Notes under the pieces: model-generated
Told to the model about the DNA's origin: nothing
What the model saw: only the letters and a program-made list of their open reading frames with translations
The model's database searches: none
Program-made: the position numbers and the translations under genes
DNA from: Caldisericia bacterium
GTDB taxonomy: Bacteria > Caldisericota > Caldisericia > JAAYUI01
DNA: 64,000 nucleotides
Direction: 5' to 3'
Assembly (NCBI GenBank): GCA_040768585.1
Contig: JAXGMQ010000001.1
Span: 1,159,299-1,223,298, forward strand
Part shown: positions 58,019-64,000 of the stretch, in pieces
Layout: each line of letters opens with the position of its first letter
Position numbering within the stretch: the stretch's first letter is position 1

Positions 58019-60124
58019 GTGCGAATATCTAGAGTTTTGCTATCAACTGTTGTTGTGGTGTTGCTGACAATTTCCTTTGTTTCATGTGGGGGAGATTATG
58101 GGATGAACCGCATCATCGAAAACACCAACAAAACCAGACTATATAGACCGGTTATAGAAGACAGTCGAGTGCCACCTAAGACTACAGATAATAAAACCAA
58201 GAAGGGTGAGAGCAGCAGGCAATTCTTTGGAGGTGGTTATCTAAATACTACCTGGAATTTTGCTGTTCCATCTGATGTCACATTTCCTGTTGTTGACCAA
58301 TTCGCATATGTGAATACAAAACACAAAGAAGAAGCAGATAGATTAAAGATTGAAAGACAGGAACTTATTGATGACGCTACAAGTGAGGAGTGCAAACTAA
58401 AAATAACATGGGAAAGTGGTTATATCAAAAAAGATAGGTCTGTTTACGTTGATTTGCCCATAGGTCAAACAACAGAGCATTTTTTCAATCTACTCAATAA
58501 GTACAAAACACCAATTCAGCTAAAGCTAAAAGAAGGTTTCGCCAATGATGGTTTTATGCCAAAATCAACAGAGACAAAAATAATTGAGCCAGAACAAATT
58601 GCCTACATTTATTTTCAATACACCCGGACATTAGAGAATGCCAATAAGACAATATTCAAAGACATTTTCTCGTGCATGGACATCGAATTTGTCACAGACA
58701 TAGAAGGAATCGCATTCGATTACGATAAAATGCAAAAGATTGATGTCTATACATATCCGGTTGATTTGAATCGCTTTGACAAGGACGAGAAAGAAATCGT
58801 GTGGACCAAGTTTGTTGATACTTGTTGTGATTTCGTGATTGACCATAAAGTCATAGGGAATGTTATTTGTACAAAGAATTCAAGATGTTTATACGGCAGT
58901 TGTTTTCAAAAGTTTGTAGAATTTTATGATGTTAGAGATGGTAGACGGATAAGGAACTTTCCCTTTCATGTAGATGATGTGATACGTAATTCATTATCAG
59001 ATTATTACTTCGAACAAGACGGAAAGCTCTACATCCAGTGTAGCGAAAACAAAGAAAAACTGTTGGAATCAAAAGATGTTGATCCTGTTTGTCAGAAAGA
59101 GACTATAAAAATAATCTATGAGACAAAGTGCTTTGATATAAACACATGTGAAGAGATTCCTGTAACAGAGGAAGAATATATGACTGCTTACAGAAGGCAC
59201 AAAGCGAATGGTAACGACAGGTATATCGAACTTAAAAGGCATAACAAAATTATTCAATGTCAGAATGAAAAGGTAGTAAAAGAAGAGTGGATTGAGCTGA
59301 TATGCACAAGCTTTGATGGGGAAAATGTTTTCTGGACAGCCGATATGGGAGTACTGGTTGAATACCATGAAATGCAAATTGTCTCACAGGACAACAATTG
59401 TTGCATCGTGGTAAATTCTGACAACGAGACAATAAGAACTCTAACTAGTGTCTCAATGAAAGACGGGAGCATATTGACACGAGTTGAATACCCAAAAACC
59501 GAATCTGGTAATGATAGTTACAAGTTAATACAATCTACACCTTATGGGGCTTTGTTGTTCGGTGGAACTTGTAGTCATGGTGATGAAATGGGTTTTGTTA
59601 ATGTCAAATGGCTCGAGATGCTTGATACCAGAACACTTAAACCGATATACAAGGTTGATATGGTTGATGAGTTACGAACCGTAGAGAATAGTCTACCATT
59701 TTTGCATCTCGAATATGTGATATTTGATAATTTTTTCTACCACCAATCTGTTTGCATTGATTTGAAAACGGGAAAACAGCTTTGGAAAGGTGGATACGAC
59801 TACAATACTATTGTCTATAAAAAGGACAATAATCTGGTTTTATCAGATCATGAAAGTAAATTGACAAGGATTAACATGAGAACAGGGGAGATTGTTTGGC
59901 AAACAGGCTACAACCACGCTCAAAGCTGCACCAGACCTAAAGGAGACGTTATTTTGTGGTATGATATGTGGGTTGATTATGAGACAGGTGTTGTGCTTGG
60001 GAAAATGAAGTCTTCTGACCAGGAGAAAAAACAAATAACGATTGTCAGCGTTAATCCGGAATGCGTGATATATGTTGACAGAAATTATGGAGACTTCATG
60101 TTTTATTGCGAAAGGTTCAAGTAG
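58019..60124 (+). CDS. Lipoprotein with PQQ-like repeats (tandem paralog 2).
   Basis: The likely start is the GTG at 58019, 8 nt after an AAGGAGG; the ORF track begins at an upstream GTG at 57983. The leader is (M)RISRVLLSTVVVVLLTISFVSC, then GGDYGMNRIIENTNKTR. Repeats include GKQLWKGGYDY and GEIVWQTGY. The CFDINTCEEIPVTEEEY motif is shared with paralog 3. Confidence 0.7.
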   Translation: MRISRVLLSTVVVVLLTISFVSCGGDYGMNRIIENTNKTRLYRPVIEDSRVPPKTTDNKTKKGESSRQFFGGGYLNTTWNFAVPSDVTFPVVDQFAYVNTKHKEEADRLKIERQELIDDATSEECKLKITWESGYIKKDRSVYVDLPIGQTTEHFFNLLNKYKTPIQLKLKEGFANDGFMPKSTETKIIEPEQIAYIYFQYTRTLENANKTIFKDIFSCMDIEFVTDIEGIAFDYDKMQKIDVYTYPVDLNRFDKDEKEIVWTKFVDTCCDFVIDHKVIGNVICTKNSRCLYGSCFQKFVEFYDVRDGRRIRNFPFHVDDVIRNSLSDYYFEQDGKLYIQCSENKEKLLESKDVDPVCQKETIKIIYETKCFDINTCEEIPVTEEEYMTAYRRHKANGNDRYIELKRHNKIIQCQNEKVVKEEWIELICTSFDGENVFWTADMGVLVEYHEMQIVSQDNNCCIVVNSDNETIRTLTSVSMKDGSILTRVEYPKTESGNDSYKLIQSTPYGALLFGGTCSHGDEMGFVNVKWLEMLDTRTLKPIYKVDMVDELRTVENSLPFLHLEYVIFDNFFYHQSVCIDLKTGKQLWKGGYDYNTIVYKKDNNLVLSDHESKLTRINMRTGEIVWQTGYNHAQSCTRPKGDVILWYDMWVDYETGVVLGKMKSSDQEKKQITIVSVNPECVIYVDRNYGDFMFYCERFK

Positions 60125-60170
60125 TGTTTGAATTTTTCGTGTTTGATTGCAATTTGTTGGAGGTGAGTGC

Positions 60171-62351
60171 GTGAGACCAAGAGTTTTGTGTTTATCGTTT
60201 TTAGCCGTTGCCGTGTTCCTTGTTTCATGCGACAACAGCATGAATCGTATTATCGAGAACACCAACAAAACAAGAGAAAACCGTGGTGGGTATGTGCTAG
60301 TGGCACGGAATTCACAAGAAAAAGCAGACAGCGTAAGCGCTGATTTTTCAAATACCACAGGAGTGCACAGGAAGAAAAAAACTGTACCTGTGAAGAATCC
60401 TGTGCTAGAACTGATTGATTCAACAGATTCAACTTGTTGTCCAAACAACAGCTTAAGTTATTCAATTATTCACACGAATCCGTACCAGATAATGGCAGAT
60501 GAGTTGCAAAGAGCGGCTACTCTTGAGAGCGCGATTGCAGAAATCGAGAATGAGCAACCCGATGCCCCAAGCAAGCTCAGAGCGTCAGTTGATGGAAAAC
60601 CCATGATCTGGGGGATGTACTATGTCCCGTTTAGCATAAGCCAATACTCAAGTGGGTTTCAAATCAACATGATAAATGATTACAACCTTCCAATTAGAGT
60701 CACAAGAAACAAAGATACAGAGACTGTTTTTGACTTCAGTCTATATGAAGATTTTGTGATTCCAGCAAAGGGTTATCACAAATTCTATGTTTCTTATAAA
60801 AGAACAGAAGCGAATGCTCATCAGATCAAGTTCTTCGATGTCCTATCTGTTCTTGATTACGAGTTTGTCACAGACTACAAGGAACGCATCGAATATGACT
60901 TTAGCAAGTCCTGCAAGATTGATGTCATGACATACCCGATTGATAATTCTCCACCAGGACCGTTTGAGACAAAGACCGTTTGGAAGACTAAAACACAGGC
61001 ACGAGATTTTCAGATAAAGATTTTCGGGAATATTGTGTGTGTAGAAGCACACTACGGTTATTACGGCAGTAGTTGGTTGGATTTTATCGAGCTTGTTGAT
61101 ATCAGAGATGGTAAAATGATTAGGGAATTCAACTACTACAGAGAACCTGTTTGGTTCGATAACCAAAGAAACACTGACAATTACTTTGTTGCAAATGATA
61201 TGCTGTACTTGCAGTGTAGAAAACCAATGCCTATGGGTGAGTCGAGTATGGATTTGACAAAAGAAAAAAGAGAGATTCTTGAGACAAGGTGTTTTGACAT
61301 TAACACTTGCGAGGAGATTCCAATTACTGAAAATGAATTCACATTGGCAGAGAGTGCATACTATTCATTATCTGATGATAGAAAAATTGATATAAATAAG
61401 GAAATCATTGAGTACGTCGATGAGAAATATGGCTCTCGTAAAGAAAAGAAAAAAACTACTGTAAAATGCTCAAGTCCTGACAAAAGCAATGTGTTCTGGG
61501 AGAAAACAATTTATGAAGGACAGACTGACGGACAAACCTACATCATCTCACAGGACATAGAACACCTATTCTTATTGCATAAGGGAGAAGATTTATCATA
61601 TAAGATGGAAAACACAATTCTGAAGATGTCAATGGCAGATGGCAAGGTGTTGGGCAAATATGAGATAGAAATTGAAGAAGTGCCAATGGAAGGGCCACAT
61701 AGCGCATTTGCATATATTGTCAGGCACAGACCATGTGGATTGGTTATATTCTACGGAAAATGTTTGCATGGAAATGAATCTAGTCATGCTTCTTTTAATA
61801 GATTTGAAATCATTGACAAAGACACGTTTGAATCAGTTTTCCAGTGGCAGTTTGATGATTTCATAATTGGTGGAGATATTCATGATGTGCCAGATAGGCT
61901 AGATAATGTGTTGTTTTACGACAACCTTATGATTTGCGGTAAAGGGGATATCCACTGTTTCGACATGGAAAAGAGGGAGTTGCTTTGGAAAACCGCAGTC
62001 TATGAGTCATATAATCCAAATTTCATGGTGTATGATGATAAGTATCTGTTTGTAAAAGGGGGTGAGACGATTTTTGCGCTTGATATAGATTCTGGCAAGG
62101 TTCTCTGGTTCAACCAACTTCAAAATATCAGTCAAAGAAGAGAAAAGCCAGAGGGAGAATGTGTTATTTGGAAAGATATGTGGTTGGATACAAAAACTGG
62201 CAGAGTGCTTGGGAAAATAGCAGACAGTAAGACAACATGGAGCAATTACCCACTGGTAGTCAGAGTTAACTCCGACTATCTGCTGTATGTTCAACGCGAT
62301 ACGTCTGTATACCCAGGAGGGGCGTATCTTGTGATGGAAAGGTTTGAATAA
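60171..62351 (+). CDS. Lipoprotein with PQQ-like repeats (tandem paralog 3).
   Basis: The likely start is the GTG at 60171, 8 nt after a GGAGG; the ORF track begins at a TTG at 60147. The leader is (M)RPRVLCLSFLAVAVFLVSC, then DNSMNRIIENTNKTR. Repeats include RELLWKTAVYE and GKVLWFNQLQ. Confidence 0.7.
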   Translation: MRPRVLCLSFLAVAVFLVSCDNSMNRIIENTNKTRENRGGYVLVARNSQEKADSVSADFSNTTGVHRKKKTVPVKNPVLELIDSTDSTCCPNNSLSYSIIHTNPYQIMADELQRAATLESAIAEIENEQPDAPSKLRASVDGKPMIWGMYYVPFSISQYSSGFQINMINDYNLPIRVTRNKDTETVFDFSLYEDFVIPAKGYHKFYVSYKRTEANAHQIKFFDVLSVLDYEFVTDYKERIEYDFSKSCKIDVMTYPIDNSPPGPFETKTVWKTKTQARDFQIKIFGNIVCVEAHYGYYGSSWLDFIELVDIRDGKMIREFNYYREPVWFDNQRNTDNYFVANDMLYLQCRKPMPMGESSMDLTKEKREILETRCFDINTCEEIPITENEFTLAESAYYSLSDDRKIDINKEIIEYVDEKYGSRKEKKKTTVKCSSPDKSNVFWEKTIYEGQTDGQTYIISQDIEHLFLLHKGEDLSYKMENTILKMSMADGKVLGKYEIEIEEVPMEGPHSAFAYIVRHRPCGLVIFYGKCLHGNESSHASFNRFEIIDKDTFESVFQWQFDDFIIGGDIHDVPDRLDNVLFYDNLMICGKGDIHCFDMEKRELLWKTAVYESYNPNFMVYDDKYLFVKGGETIFALDIDSGKVLWFNQLQNISQRREKPEGECVIWKDMWLDTKTGRVLGKIADSKTTWSNYPLVVRVNSDYLLYVQRDTSVYPGGAYLVMERFE

Positions 62352-62412
62352 TAAGTCCGAGGCATATAGATTTTGCTTTGGGGCTTGCAAATCAATAAAT
62401 TGGAGGATTGGT

Positions 62413-64000
62413 GTGAGGAAAACATTATGCATTTTGATAGTTCTTTCGGTAGCATTTACAACTCTTACTTCATGTGGGGGTGATGATGGGATGAGCAGAA
62501 TCATCGAGAACACAAAACAGACAAGCTCTTGGCGACAAAGCTATAAGTTTAAACCAAAACGGGAAAAAATCACAAGACAAACAAAACTCATGAAAACTGA
62601 TAATCTGGACTTTACAAACCTTTTGGACACAGAAGTCTACCCCGATATTTCTGTTGAAGGTATTTTTAGCACCAGAGAAATCAATAGGCGTATCCAGTTT
62701 AGTTGGGACAAAGATGATTTCAACTCTAAAAGTCTTGATTTGACTATGTTTTTAGGGCAGATAAGGGATGTTGTCTTTTATGTGAAGAATGTGAGTGATT
62801 CAACCGTTGTATTAGAATTTAACAATACACTTCCAAATTGCCTTTTATATCCTGAAGATGTCTATGTGGCTTCAGAAACTGAAAGTATTGAAAACAAGCT
62901 ATACATCAAGTCAGCTCTTCACGAACTTAATCCAGGTGAAACTGTGGAAGTGCAAGCAGAAATTCATTGTCTAGCCAACCAAACCGACAAATTATTAATC
63001 AATAATGTTGTTGATTTCGCGCTAGAAGAAGTTGAGACAAAAAAGGTTTTCAACTCTAAAGGTTGTTTGGCATTTCTCAATTTGAGAATCAACATCTCAA
63101 CTGATGATATTGTCTGGAAAACACAGTATGATACGAGAACCAACAGTAGTGAAATTGAGATTGTCAACGGTGTATTGTTGCTAAAGCACTATATGACAAG
63201 AGAATCTCCTTTTAGGATGATTTACAATGTGACGGCAATCAACCCAATTACAGGAGAAGTTCTTTGGGACTGGATTCAACCAGACCCAGATAGCAAGCAC
63301 AAGCGTCCAGACCTGGGCAAGCTTGTGGTTGATAGTGAAAAACTTCTAATTAAATTATATGGCGTTCATTATGAGTACGATGAACAAACTGATACATATG
63401 AAAAGAATTTCCTAGACAGACTTTTCTGGGCTGTTGATTTACACACAGGGGAGTGTCTGCCAGATGATGAGCAATCTGTAATAGAGCAGATGTATCAGAC
63501 TGAATATAGAAAAGATGGTGTGAGATATGAGTTTGTAGGTTACGATGAGTCAAATCTTATTGATAAGAAAACTGGAAAAGCACTCTGGTCATATGATGGA
63601 ACACGTATTTCATCTTTTGTAGTACAAGATGAAATGGTTCTTATACATGAGTTTGAATCATATTTTTCTGCCGATAGTCGTCTTGTTTTATACTCTTTGG
63701 CTGGGGAAAAACTAATGGATTGGGACTTCGATGAAGAAGGAAAGTTTTTCAAAATTGGAAACAATGTGATTTTTGTTGAGGGAGATGTAATATTTGGTGA
63801 GTATGGAGGGTGCTGGATAAATTCAACTTTTGACACGGTTATTTATGGAGTAGACATAGAAACCATGGATTTTCTTTGGAAATACACCAACACTAAAGAT
63901 GATGGGAAAAGTCAAATAACAGCGAGTAACAATTATCTTTCATATGGTGATATCTTCTTTGTTAATTGTGGTTCTGAGTTTGTTGGCATTGACTCAGACA
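62413..64000 (+). CDS. Lipoprotein with PQQ-like repeats (tandem paralog 4); 3' end lies beyond the window.
   Basis: GTG start 5 nt after a GGAGG. The leader is (M)RKTLCILIVLSVAFTTLTSC, then GGDDGMSRIIENTKQTSSWRQ (compare GGDYGMSCVIENTKQASKWRQ in paralog 1). The frame stays open to position 64000. Repeats include GEVLWDW and GKALWSYDG. Confidence 0.7.
   Translation, partial: MRKTLCILIVLSVAFTTLTSCGGDDGMSRIIENTKQTSSWRQSYKFKPKREKITRQTKLMKTDNLDFTNLLDTEVYPDISVEGIFSTREINRRIQFSWDKDDFNSKSLDLTMFLGQIRDVVFYVKNVSDSTVVLEFNNTLPNCLLYPEDVYVASETESIENKLYIKSALHELNPGETVEVQAEIHCLANQTDKLLINNVVDFALEEVETKKVFNSKGCLAFLNLRINISTDDIVWKTQYDTRTNSSEIEIVNGVLLLKHYMTRESPFRMIYNVTAINPITGEVLWDWIQPDPDSKHKRPDLGKLVVDSEKLLIKLYGVHYEYDEQTDTYEKNFLDRLFWAVDLHTGECLPDDEQSVIEQMYQTEYRKDGVRYEFVGYDESNLIDKKTGKALWSYDGTRISSFVVQDEMVLIHEFESYFSADSRLVLYSLAGEKLMDWDFDEEGKFFKIGNNVIFVEGDVIFGEYGGCWINSTFDTVIYGVDIETMDFLWKYTNTKDDGKSQITASNNYLSYGDIFFVNCGSEFVGIDSD

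Noticed and set aside
59843-60448. 201-aa minus-strand ORF spanning the junction of lipoprotein paralogs 2 and 3
   Set aside because: It overlaps two plus-strand genes that have strong RBSs and conserved leaders. It has no start context and is probably an artefact of AT-rich sequence.
1-64000. CRISPR arrays or rRNA genes
   Set aside because: No regularly spaced direct repeats were seen. No stretches resembling conserved 16S, 23S or 5S rRNA segments were seen.

Overview
This is a bacterial-type locus: Shine-Dalgarno sites are present and it encodes an ECF sigma / anti-sigma pair. About 36 kb of the window is a same-strand tandem array of giant paralogous secreted proteins. One is 5'-truncated by the window edge, one is 3465 aa, one is about 3.58k aa but split by a frameshift near 19.05 kb, and one is 2940 aa. 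All have signal peptides, an unusual acidic Tyr/Asn/Asp/Gly-rich composition, and a shared set of Cys-containing motifs (YPGGQTH, IFQDCC, ECNDALVxxWQDRG, AYKYGDDNNDR, LPQYYWLRTDLHN). Their N-terminal halves carry repeated EF-hand/dockerin-like Ca-binding loops. They end in Ig-like repeats followed by a copper-amine-oxidase-N1-like 'stalk' module, which also ends two other secreted proteins in the window. Downstream of the giants is a 1.7-kb low-complexity non-coding stretch with a canonical terminator and strong hairpins. Next comes a dockerin-bearing beta-propeller protein on the minus strand, transcribed divergently from an apparent operon: ECF sigma, a ZAS-type anti-sigma with a large extracytoplasmic domain, two secreted Ig-like-repeat proteins, and a processive GT2 glycosyltransferase. 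The last 15 kb is more AT-rich. It holds an Mrr-catalytic-domain restriction-like protein with an unknown C-terminal domain, an NHL/beta-propeller protein on the minus strand, four tandem paralogous small two-helix membrane proteins with bacterial-PH-like tails, a glutaredoxin-like/thioredoxin pair, and at least four tandem paralogous lipoproteins. The lipoproteins share a conserved post-lipobox SCGGDYGMxRIIENT motif and PQQ-like repeats, and the last one runs off the window. I did not recognise any rRNA, tRNA or CRISPR array. All domain calls rest on motif recognition by eye, and nothing was searched against a database.
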